Source: Asterias rubens (taxonomy: Eukaryota). From it: a stretch of DNA of 64,000 nucleotides. The notes beneath the pieces were generated by a model, which did no database searches, was not told the origin of the DNA, and was given only the letters and a program-made list of their open reading frames with translations. Shown in pieces: positions 1 through 10,578 of this stretch. The translations under genes and the position numbers were made by a program. Positions within the stretch are counted from its first letter, which is position 1. Each line of letters begins with the position of its first letter. The stretch lies in NCBI RefSeq assembly GCF_902459465.1, contig NC_047062.1, positions 16,120,001 to 16,184,000 of the forward strand, written 5' to 3'.

Positions 1-32
1 GACTTTGATATTATTATTATTATTATTATTAT
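1..32 (+). mobile_element. 3' tail of tRNA-derived SINE (window-edge fragment)
   Basis: GACTTTGATATT(ATT)n is the same tail seen at 3270-3284, 53755-53771 and, reversed, at the end of the full SINE at 42564. Confidence 0.6.
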
Positions 33-1768
33 GAAGGGAATCCTTTCCCAAAAATTGTCATGCTACCAACAGCTGCTGAGTGCTTCTTACCAAGCAAGTT
101 TCATGCCCATTCATTTTGAGAGTACATTATCTATGCCCGAACCTTTAGAGGTATCATAAAGGATTGGTAAGGATGAAAAAACACCATTGTCGAATTTTAG
201 TCTGAAACCTCGGAGATTATAAAGCTCAAGGATCACTTTTTTTCTGTGAAATATTTCCCTCTGAAATTAAAGTCACCATGTTCAAGAAAACTGTATCTGA
301 AAACCTTAACAAAAATGCAACAAGATTTCAGTTTGTTACAACAAAAATTAAGGACACGGTTACATGGTGGAAAATGTGCAAGGTTTTTAACTATTTGGGG
401 ACATTATCTTCTCCCTGCCCAGATTTTCATAAGTTTGGTATTTCATGTAAAATTTGCAGTATATGCTGCCCAAATAAATTCAACAGAGACTGATCACAAT
501 TATTGGCATTCTAGCTCAAATTTACTGACGTCTTCAAGGAAATTGAGTCTGCATCCAACTTCTCTTGCATTTCATTTGACATTAATAAAAGCATACATTA
601 AATTAGTAAACAGTATAAGAACAAATTAGCACCTATTCCAAAGAAATATATATATAGTTTTTTTAAGACATTATTTGTTTATTTACTAGATAGCATGTAC
701 TCCCCCCAAAAAAGGTTTCCTTTTTTTATTTATTCATCATTTTAGGGAAGTAAATTGGTATATTATGTTTCCAAAAACTTTGAAATACCCAAATTTTACA
801 TAAAATTATCAACAGCCAAAAAATCTTACACATTTTGTTTTTATTCATCCAAAAAATGTTTCCCGTTGTAGCCATACTTTGTGTTTGGCTTTGTTTCTCG
901 AGTCACACTCCTTGTATTTACTCAAAACCAATATTTTAATTTATTATATACCCAATTGTTAGCATTGCCAATTTGGCTTCAATATTTGTAGCAGTGTATA
1001 TAAAAAACAATGTCTGCTTAAAATAGTTGGTATCAATTAACATATAATGTACATCGTCTTCCAATGCAGTCGTAAATCTAAATGCATGTTTGGAAAAGGA
1101 AGTTATATTTTAGTTAATGAAGTATAGCACTGTTCTTTGTCTATAACTATCATTTGCATTCTTTTAATGATAAATTTTATCTGATAAATTTTATGTATTT
1201 ACCATATTAATTATCCTATAAATTTCATTAAAAACAAACTGCAGGTACCGAATGCAAAGGCTCAAACCAATAAGCCATTTGCGAGTTGAAATTGTTTCTG
1301 AATTAACTTATTAGTGTCACAAAATGTTAGTTATAATAATGAAAACGTTTGCCTAAAAAGACAATCAGGGTGGTTTAAAATGCTGAAACCAAACACAATT
1401 ACAACAAATTACAAGCAATATACAGATAAGTAGTAACCAAGCAAATTAAAATAACGCACATTTTAGGCAGATCTATTGGAGACAGTTTAAATAGTTCAGG
1501 GCAAGCTTGTGTGTAGCAACCTCCAAATCAATGAGCAAACCCTAGTACCATTGTGACATAGACATTCATTTAAAATTGTCAAGAGTGTTTGCCCTTTCTA
1601 CATGTATGTTATCACACAAAAGCTAATCAAGAATCAGGGAACATAGCAACTGTTTCTGAAGTCTTGAGGAAGTCAAATTTAAGCGGTAAATTGTGACTCA
1701 GCAAGTCACTTTATTACCAGACATAATTTCAAACTTGCAAATGGCTTATTCAAACCATGGAGGAAGGA

Positions 1769-1917
1769 ATAGGAGACTTTCCAACGCTAGGTGGCAGCAG
1801 ACATACCGGGTAAATTTCCATTGTTTACGTAGTTCTGAACATGCGCATAATTCTGAGAACAATGGATTTACCCGGTAAGTCTGCTGCCCTCTATCGTCCC
1901 AGAAAGTCTCCCATTGT
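1769..1917. mobile_element. Short hairpin MITE with ~60-bp imperfect inverted arms
   Basis: Left arm AATAGGAGACTTTC..GGCAGCAGACATACCGGGTAAATTTCCATTGTT is mirrored by AACAATGGATTTACCCGGTAAGTCTGCTGCC..GAAAGTCTCCCATT. TSD not resolved. Confidence 0.65.
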
Positions 1918-1971
1918 TCAAACAGTCCAAAGGTGTGGTAGTTAACCTTACACCATCAGATGTTAGAATTT

Positions 1972-2061
1972 CAGGCCTGAAATTATGGCGTCTTTGCCCC
2001 CGTGTCTTGGCCTTGGTGCCCCTTAAAAAGTTTCCCTTACTCGGATGAAATTCCAGGCCTG
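1972..2061. mobile_element. Small CAGGCCTG-bounded element (relative of the 57791/59070 family, reverse orientation)
   Basis: Starts and ends with palindromic CAGGCCTG. Internal CCTTGGTGCCCCT is the reverse complement of the family AGGGCACCAAGG motif. No clear TSD. Confidence 0.45.
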
Positions 2062-2387
2062 AACTTGCTATGTATTCCCGTGTGTTTCCTGAACAAACTT
2101 CTGGTTGGATAATGCTCAAGTGGTGAAAGTGAAAGCAACTGATTCGAACACTTGATCTGACAGCAACAACAAAACCCAGTTTGCCAAAAAACACAGCATT
2201 GGTAAATAGCACCATTCAAAGGCACTATGTTAGCGCCCAATATACTCCTCTTTGACACCAGTGCTTTAGCATTTTTACAAAAAGCTGTCCAATTCTGTTT
2301 GATAGTGTTCACAACCCATCCAATGCTCTTATACCCATACTAAACTACAATCACACCGACTCTCTATGCACAGGTGAGGTCAGTTAA

Positions 2388-2729
2388 AGGCACTGGACAC
2401 CTTTGGTAATAATTGTTAAAGACCAGTATTCTCACTTGGTGTATCCCAACACTTGCTTAAAATAACAAACCTGTGAAAATTTGGACTCAAGTGGTCATCA
2501 AAGTTGCAAGAGAATAATGAAAGGAAAACACCCTTTTTGCACAAAATGTTGAGCTTTCAGATGCCTAAGGCTTCAAGCCTGAAGTCTTAACATTTGAGTG
2601 AGAAATAACCTCTTTCTCAAAAAGTCTGTACTTTAGTTGGAGCTGTTCAACAGCTCCCCATTACTTGTTACCAAGTAAGTTTGTATTTTAGTAATTATTT
2701 TGAGTAATTACCAATTGTGTCCAGTGCCT
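2388..2729. mobile_element. Kolobok-type MITE (subfamily B)
   Basis: TTAA|AGGCACTGGACAC ... GTGTCCAGTGCCT TIRs; internal sequence shared with copies at 26205, 33022, 34480. Confidence 0.85.
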
Positions 2730-3099
2730 AAAATAATCTTCCCAAATACTTTTTTTTATACATGTAGTCCAGAGAGTTAAGTGCATAAAACACTTGACCA
2801 GAGAAAACAGTAAAAGAATTGGAACAGTATGTTTGCAAGGCACTCCAAATTTGATTGTGCATCTATTTCATCTGCACAAGATGACATCTACATACATGTA
2901 TAAGTTATTTGCCATGAACACATAAGTTCTGAATCTATGGCGGCCAATAAAAGCAAAATATGCAAAAGAAATTGTTTGAATCTTATCTTTGCTGTTACTA
3001 TGGTCGTTACTTGGGGACGTCTTACTTAGCATTGTTTGGCAATGTTAATTTTCCTAAAATGTCGCCCGTTAATTCTAAAACAAACTACTGGAGCTCTTC

Positions 3100-3284
3100 T
3101 TGTTCCTGGCTGTGGCTGCTGTATGCGCCGCAGCACCTTGTAGACCCTTATAAGATGCTAAGTAATTGGGTCTCAGAATTCATCACTGCAGTATAAACCT
3201 ATCTTTCTGAAAGTTTGGATATACTCGGCGCCTTGAGTACCTTGTTTGGTAGATACGTGCTCTTTATAAGACTTTGATATTATG
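3100..3284 (+). mobile_element. 3' half of tRNA-derived SINE
   Basis: Matches the reverse complement of the 3' half of the full SINE at 42564-42955, including the GCGCCTTGAGTACCTTGTTTGGTAGATA..AAGACTTTGATATT tail. Confidence 0.8.
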
Positions 3285-3292
3285 TGATCTGT

Positions 3293-3470
3293 CAGGCCTG
3301 TATGCTTTGCTTTTTGAAAGGGCAAGGGCACCAAGGCATTTTCTCTTTGGCAAAGGGCACCCTATGAGAAAGTTGTAAATTTCTACTGGAGCAATGGCAA
3401 GTGGCAACGGAGGAAATCCATTGGGGATGCTCTGTGTATGTGTTTTGGTGGGGTTTTTGTTTGCCATTAC
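3293..3470 (+). mobile_element. CAGGCCTG-family DNA element, right end missing
   Basis: CAGGCCTGTATGCTTTGCTTTTTGAAAGGGCAAGGGCACCAAGGCATTTTCTC is identical to the start of the 57791 copy. Confidence 0.75.
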
Positions 3471-4406
3471 TGAATGTCACACCCGGTGTTCATTTTAGTG
3501 CCTCTGACTAAAGACGTATGTTGGGCAGCGCCTACACACAAGAGTAAAAGCGCCCCACTTCTGGTGTTAAACACTGGTACATGTGTTACCTAGCTGCCAA
3601 GTGAATTGGGTAGGGTTTACTGTGATAACTCTATATTTGTATACATGTTGGAAGGTACTCACACATAGATCGTTGTTGTCCGTCGTTTCTTTTGACTATA
3701 AGCATACCAAGGCAAATTGTGCCTACACAGGATTATGCCCACATGGTTAATTTATTACCATGTAATACTATTATATGAACCAACAAGCGTTGGGTTTTTT
3801 CAAGTGTTTTTTTAAATATGATTGTGGGCTCATTGATTGTTCATGTACATATCAAGTCAAACTACTTCATACTTCACTGCCTGAAGAGGCATTAACAAAT
3901 TCATATAAAAAGGAACTAACACTTTACAGTAGAAAGTGTGTGCCATTGATCAAACACAAAGCTGTTTGTCTGAGTTTAAAGGTTTGGTAATTTTTGTCAA
4001 TGCAATGCATATTTATAGGCACAACTATCAAGATACAATAAGTCACCTGTGAAAGATTTAGTTGAAAACTGCGAAAGCAAATACACATTTTCACTAAGAA
4101 CGATGAGGTTCAAGTACTAGAAACAGACCAACTTCATCTCAACTTTTGCTGATTCAAATTTTGCAACATATTTTTCATCAAATTTTATTGATTTCATTGG
4201 GGGTAGGCCCCTATGCCAGACAAAACTATTTAGCAAAATGCTTACTACCATTATACTAAGTAGGCTTTCAAATAAAAATTACACAGTTTGTTTAACAGAT
4301 CATTTTCACCAAAATCGTGACCCAATCGTAAAATGCAACATATTTGGAGATTGGCAGTAACTAAAGGGATTGATTATTAGTAAAATCTGAAACAAGGTTA
4401 AGTAAG

Positions 4407-4618
4407 GATATGGAAAGGTTTGCAGTGACACCATGTAATGACTATCTCTAATGAGTTGGGGTGGTTCTGAAAAGAAACGTTGGGTTCAACTTGACGTTTC
4501 GATCAGCATGCTCTGATCGTCTTCTGGAGAAAGAAGACGAGTTCAAACGAACAGTTCTTTTCAGAGATAGTCATTAGAGATAGTCATTACATGCTGTGAC
4601 CACAAACCTTTCCATATC
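4407..4618. mobile_element. Inverted-dimer repeat carrying a hammerhead-like motif (putative Penelope-like pLTR remnant)
   Basis: Arms 4407-4450 and 4575-4618 match 40/44. The inverted similarity continues inward (4466-4495 vs ~4537-4565). A related fragment lies at ~53047-53080. Confidence 0.65.
4490..4529 (-). ncRNA. Minimal type-I hammerhead ribozyme-like motif
   Basis: Minus strand reads CTC-CAGAAGA-C-GATCAG(agcatg)CTGATC-GAAAC-GTC-AAG: core C(U>A)GANGA, perfect 6-bp helix II with G10.1-C11.1, GAAA, palindromic ACGT helix III, GUC cleavage triplet. Helix I is weak. Confidence 0.55.
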
Positions 4619-4961
4619 ATATTTCCACCATGCAAAGTTTAAAATCCTACTTAAGATTATGTAACCTTTAAATCTTATAGCCGGGAAAACATACATGAAG
4701 CAAAGTCAAACTTGGCTTTTATAAGTTATACTTCTATAAATCTCTTAACGAGTATCAAACTTTCATGAATAGAAAATCCTTGGTCACTGATTAAGGCACC
4801 GTTGATTCTATTTACAGATAATGTTTCTTTAGGCGGAGAAAAAAAAAGTTTTAAGTTTTCACCCATCAGTCTCAGAAATCCATTCCTCTTTCCCCCCCCC
4901 CCCCAGTACAATTTCAATCACTGTTAGCAACTTAGAATCTTCCTTTCAGGCTCTCAACCAT

Positions 4962-5335
4962 ACACTATTGGTAATACCTCAAAATAGTTGTTAGCATAAA
5001 AACTTACTTGGTAACGAGTAATGGAGAGCCTTTGATAGTATAAAACATTGTGAGAAACGGCTCCCTCTGAAGTAACGAAGTTTTCAAAAAAAAGGAATTT
5101 TCTACGAATTTGATTTTGAAACCTCATATTAGATTTTGAGGTCCCAAAATCAAGCATCTGAAAGCACACAACTTTGTGTGACATGAGTGTTTTTCCATTT
5201 CATTATTATCTCGAAACGTCAATGACCAATTGAGCTCAATTTGTCACAGGTTTGTTACTTTATGCTGCATTATGTTGAGATACACTAAGTGAGAAGACTG
5301 GTCTTTGACAATTACAAATAGTATCCATAGTGCCA
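4962..5335. mobile_element. Kolobok-type MITE (subfamily A), eroded ends
   Basis: ACACTATTGGTAAT.. body with GTGAGAAACGGCTCCCTCTGAAG and a degenerate central hairpin, matching the other copies. Confidence 0.85.
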
Positions 5336-6612
5336 TCAAATAAAGTTGTTTCATTGAATTAATTCTTCCTGGGACTGAAACAGGGTTACCCCCTTTACAG
5401 TTCATACGGATGTAGGCTTGGATATCATACGTCAGAAGTCTGGCTGGTAGAGCAGAAAGCACTACCTCCCCAACTTTATAAGATTAATTAAATGCGAATT
5501 TTTACAGGAATTTAACTGTCAATTTGGTGGGAGACAAATCTATTTATAACAAGCAGTCAAACAAATGTTTCGTTATACTCTGCTGATGACTGGGTGGAAG
5601 TGATGCAGAAGCCAAAAAATCTTTAGGGCTAAATTCTTGGATTCACATTTTGAATTCTAGGTCATTTGTAAAGATTTGCCAACCAGTAGACTATATGTAG
5701 AAATATATGATCTTTCCTTAATGCACACCAGGTTTGTATGAACTTGGTGGGGAAAAAACACAATGCTAAGATTTGAGTACTCAATGCTCATTCAGGCGCA
5801 TGATTTCAGTCTCTAGATTGTCTCTTAAAACAGCATTTGTCATAATGATTAATCTGTTGGAGATCTTATCATCTTTCAAAAGTAGAATACATTAATTTAC
5901 ACAAGTTTCCCTCGAAATTGTCAGGCTTTCTTTTACTTTGCGACCTTAACAGGGTCCCCCATTTTGTCCCAAAATGTTAAACTCCACAAAATAGCGGAAG
6001 ACGTTCGATCATAAAGTAAAAGGAAAACCACACAAGGGATTGTGAGTGAATCATTACATTCTAGTATTACACGTAAAACATCTTTCCAACCATACTGATT
6101 TCAAAACAATGTGCCAAATCCAAAAGGCAACGTGTCCCTTTATCTTAGATGGATCCTAGTCCGATCTTCAAGTATTTAGACTTTCTTAATGCACAGCTTC
6201 AATTCTAAAACAATTCTCATCACAACAGAGTTGCATCTTTGTTTTTGTCTTCTAATCTCTATATGGAAGTCAATAATTTGATATTTGTGTTAACAGCTTG
6301 TTCGCCTACTTTTTTTGTCTAATCGACCTTAATGCACTTGATGTCATTTGAGTTGGCCGCCCTTGCGTTGAATTCAAAAAGAGGTTGCTTATTGGCGCAT
6401 CTTGTGAGGGGCGTTTACAAAACTGTGCGATTCCACCTAATCATTTTTACCTCTGATGGTGACAGGATTACGTCAAAGAATAGGATCCATTGGCAGTCAG
6501 TGAGTGGACCAAACAACTTTCTTATGGTGTTTTTGTCGTCTCATGTCAACAACAATTCATGGTTTGCCTATGCATTATAAAAGGGAAAGAGTTAGTGGGG
6601 GAGATGCTTGGA

Positions 6613-7155
6613 TCAGATCATGATATCCAATGCAACCTTTAAGATCCCAATAAACAGACTCCACAATAAAGATTCTTTTTCCGGCTCTTCATCCATCGGA
6701 TAAAGCTTCCCTACCGACGGATCTTGCTCACTTTCCATTCTCCATGGATCAACCTCCTCCAACGTCTGATCCAGTAAAATGTCAAACTCGTATAAAGTAA
6801 CATTCGGATAAAGCGGATGTCCATAAACCCCTATCCCCACGGGACGTTCTATTGACTGGCAGATGTCAATGATTTCTTCTCCGAATGTTGCCGCCTTCAT
6901 ATCATAGTCATCATACGTTGGATGCATCGTGGTTGACGACACGTACACATCAGCATCGCCTTCCAGGGTCCTTAGACTGAAGCGAATGTTCCCATTGCGA
7001 CTGAGTTTGTAGTAGGTGAAATTCCCCGATGGGACAGACCCTGTTACTGTCTGCAAGAGTATGTGAGTTTCACAGATGTAGCCATGCAACCATGACAACA
7101 GAATATGGAGGAACAGTACGATGGTAGAAAGACGGACACTGACGAACATGTACAT
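6613..7155 (-). CDS. C6orf120: UPF0669 protein C6orf120 homolog (180 aa, single coding exon)
   Basis: Signal-peptide-like N-terminus; recognised motifs GNFTYYKL, TLEGDADVYVS, PTYDDYD, RPVGIGVYGHP; acidic region then C-terminal hydrophobic helix ESLLWSLFIGILKVALDIMI. Confidence 0.93.
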   Translation of the reverse strand: MYMFVSVRLSTIVLFLHILLSWLHGYICETHILLQTVTGSVPSGNFTYYKLSRNGNIRFSLRTLEGDADVYVSSTTMHPTYDDYDMKAATFGEEIIDICQSIERPVGIGVYGHPLYPNVTLYEFDILLDQTLEEVDPWRMESEQDPSVGKLYPMDEEPEKESLLWSLFIGILKVALDIMI

Positions 7156-8112
7156 GATGGCTGGCCAAAAGGTGCTGAGCTAACCATCAACACAAATGGA
7201 GACTGTTGAGAAATTGAAAGTGTGTTAACTTAAGATTTGTCTACTAATTTTCTTTTTGCAGTTAAGGTACTTCCATAGGAAAAGCTTTGAATCTGTGGGA
7301 AAGTTTTGATGCAGCCCCAAGCACAAGACCAGAGCAACAGAAGCCATTAAGACGGTCTCTATGGCCTCTGCTTACAGAATTCCAGGCCTGGTTTAGTCAT
7401 CCAGTAGACAAAATGTTTACTACATTAATTTGTAGTACACCCCTTACTCTATATCACTGACAGGTACATCATGTCCATACACTGACAACTATTATGGTCT
7501 ACTCTTATTAGTATTAGGTGACAATGAGGACTGCACTGTATGGTGGTACCTTTTTGACAGCTTAGGGCTTTATTAGTATTACACTAAAAAGGCATCTACA
7601 ACACAAATGTCAGTTCCCCCCTTTTCAAGAATTGCTGTGTAAAGTGATTTGAAGAGATCTGCTTTGAATGCTTTGTGTAAAACGGTGTGGTTTGTTTATG
7701 AGTAGAGGTATTTTTAATGAACAAATTACAAAGGTTGCTGCGTAATAAAGTACAGAACAGGCAGTGTTCCCAGCTGCCAGCCCGTGGGTGGGTGTGGCCA
7801 AGGTCCGGATTTAGATTCTAGCGGCCTAGAGCAGCCTAGGATGCAGCCTAAAATGGGGTGTAGGATTGTCCAACTAGAGTTTAAAATAGTTAAATCATTA
7901 AATTGAAGAATGTATCCATTCTATGGAAGTAGTTATGTATTGTTAGTAATGTCCGGAAACTAGACAACAACAAATTTTTACAAAATGATTGAAGTGTCAA
8001 GCAGCTACTCTAACCCCACAAGTGGCAGTCATCCCATTTCAGTATAATTAACAACGAATAGAAAAACACACGAGCTACATTTGAGAAGGAGCTTTTTGCA
8101 AATGTATCCTAC

Positions 8113-8330
8113 CTTGTGAAACTTAACGAGTACACACGAAATGTATTTAGCAAGGCAATTTCTTACGTTCTCACAACCATACACATTGAGTTGAGTGTGA
8201 TTTTTGTGGACGTGCGTGGTGTATTGCTGGTACAGTGGTAGTCGGGTTCTTTTCTTTACAGTCATGGCTCTTGAACACCACTACGATAATAGACGTCTAG
8301 ATTTCAAGCCGCAGCCAGCCGATTAAAATT
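8113..8330 (-). other. Possible 5' UTR exon of C6orf120
   Basis: Minus-strand donor CACAAG|GTAGGA at 8113/8112, acceptor TTTCTCAACAG near 7203 upstream of the ATG, and CpG-containing sequence at ~8210-8330. The exon start is a guess. Confidence 0.3.
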
Positions 8331-8740
8331 CAGAAAATAGAACAGATACAGTACAGGGAGGTGACAAAATGTATCATTTTGCTCATTTCTGAAGGTGGAT
8401 CATGTTCTTTTATTCAAACAAGAACTGAAACTTAGACACTTTTATTTGATAATTTTACAATTGAATGGCTTTTAATGTTTGGAGAGCAAACAAATGTTTA
8501 AAAATGAGCCGCAAACACCATGGAGGAATGCAAACACCGAGGCAAATACACTACAAAACCATAATTTGAACAGACTATTGTACCCTTCGCATTGATAAGA
8601 AATAATTGTAATATTGTCGTGACCAGCATAACTGGATAAGGCCTTACAAGGCATACAATCAATAGCTTTCTAGCAATACTAAACAAAGACATAAAACAAA
8701 ACAAATCTTATCTACAAAATGACCGATGGAGTGCATGCCC

Positions 8741-9055
8741 GACAGTGGACACTATTGGTAACTGTCAAAGACCAGTCTTCTCACTTAGTGTATCTCAACA
8801 TAATATATGCATAAAATAACAAACCTGTGAAAATTTGAGCTCAATCGGGTCGTCGAAGTTGTGTGCTTGATTTCGAGACCTCAAATTCTAAATCTGAGGT
8901 CCAAATAAAATTCGTGGAAAATTACTTCTTTCTCGAAAACTATGTCACTTCAGAGTGAGCCGTTTGTCACCATCAACCTCTCCCCATTACTCGTCAACAA
9001 GTAAGGTTTTATGCTAATAATTATTTTGAGTAATTACCAATAGTGTCCACTGCCT
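8741..9055. mobile_element. Kolobok-type MITE (subfamily A)
   Basis: GACAGTGGACACTATTGG ... AGTGTCCACTGCCT|TTAA; opposite orientation to the 4962 copy. Confidence 0.85.
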
Positions 9056-9404
9056 TTAAATATCCCACCACAATTATTTTCCAACATTCTATATACGGAT
9101 GGAATAGTCTCTGTTATATTTGAGATCAGTGGGAAACTTGCAGTGGTGTCTGCTCCGAAGTGATGCAGTTTTAGTGTAAGTTTCCAAAATTTAAATAATC
9201 TTGCAGCATGAAACTTGAAACCGTCTTTAATTTGATGACGCATCCGACGGAACGTGTCAAATACAGCAGATTTGGGTGCATGCAAACCAACCTGATTACC
9301 CGTTAGCGATTATATAATTCCCTCAGTCCTTTACCTTATCATACCAATTTATTCACGCACTTATTCTTGCCTTTTGGTGAGGTAGGCGTGTCAAGCGTTC
9401 TTCA

Positions 9405-9747
9405 TAAAACCTTATTTGGTAATGAGTAAATGGGGAGAGGTTGATAGTATAAAACATTGTGAGAAACGGCTGCCTCTGAAGTGACGTAGTTTTCGAGAAA
9501 TAAGTAATTTTCCATGAATTTGATTTCGAGACCTCAGATTTAGAATTTGAGGTCTCGAAATCAAGCATCTGAAAGCACACAACTTCGTGTTGCAAGGGTG
9601 TTTTCTTCTTTCATTATGATCTCGCAACTTTGACGACCAATTGAGCTCAAACTTTCACAGGTTTGTTATTTTATGCATATGTTGAGATACACCAACTGTG
9701 ATGGCTATATAGTCATTGACAATTATTACCAATAGTGTCCAATGTCT
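9405..9747. mobile_element. Kolobok-type MITE (subfamily A), left end lost
   Basis: Family body with a perfect 17-bp central hairpin (9520-9564); right TIR GTGTCCAATGTCT|TTAA. Confidence 0.85.
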
Positions 9748-10578
9748 TTAAGAACCCCGCCTTTGTTCACTATTTGGGCTTTCGCAGGCATGCTGTACGT
9801 CCATCTAAGAGTACCTCTCACATTAGATACATTTCTGGATGAATCACCTTTTTGTAGCTCTGCTTGTACAAATTTGTCAGCCTCTAACTGCTACTCATGT
9901 GTAAGGACATCCTGAGATTCTGTCCCCCATCTGGGAAATCAACATGGGATGGAGGAGAAGGATTCAAAAGAGGGCGCTTTCAGAAAAGTTTGTTCATTTC
10001 GCTTTACGCGTCACAGAATCTTCTGCCACTAATTGTACCTCATCCCTCATGCCCTCGATCGTCATCACTGCCACAATGTCCAGACTGCGGACGTCCAACT
10101 ACATCATAAAAGACAACAATGATCATCTTTGCCACTGTAATGACGTTATTAAGCGATATACCCCCCCCCCCTAAAAAAAGACCCAAACAAAGTAAGCTTT
10201 TACTATGGCCCCCCCCCCTCCCCCTTTACGCCACTGTATTAATAACTAAAATAACTTATTGGATTACATTTTGTGGTTTTAAACAACGCTGATTTGGCTC
10301 CCCTGACTTCTTCGTTAGTTTACTGACCATCACGGTACAACGTGCCTAGTAACCTCTGTATTCACTGAACTAGAAAATGGAAGAAATAAGCGGGTCTTAC
10401 CATCTCTGTGCTTTCACAAAAGATTGAAAGCTTTCGGAAAATAACCCCCAAAAATACCAGCAATATTTTTCCAAGGATCGAGTATTCTACGCGTCAACAC
10501 AACATAAAACATCATCGTTTAAATAAGTTGTACATTGGGCCGTATATGATACAGAGGAATTTACGTTCGACTTGAAAG

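Noticed and set aside
480-570. SWMQTQFLED peptide resembling Ariadne/RBR ligases
   Set aside because: Ten-residue resemblance only, poor acceptor, stops nearby, and no other exons found.
246-629. 127-aa ORF and a protein-like antisense frame at ~100-260
   Set aside because: No recognisable domain, and 250-310 matches an intronic repeat fragment at ~38020-38060, so its apparent acceptor is repeat-derived.
1868-2312. Overlapping minus-strand ORFs (115 and 91 aa)
   Set aside because: They run through two small repeats; no convincing splice partners or family similarity.
5395-5447. Possible minus-strand exon ARLLTYDIQAYIRMNCKG
   Set aside because: Splice signals are plausible, but no phase-compatible neighbouring exons could be assembled.
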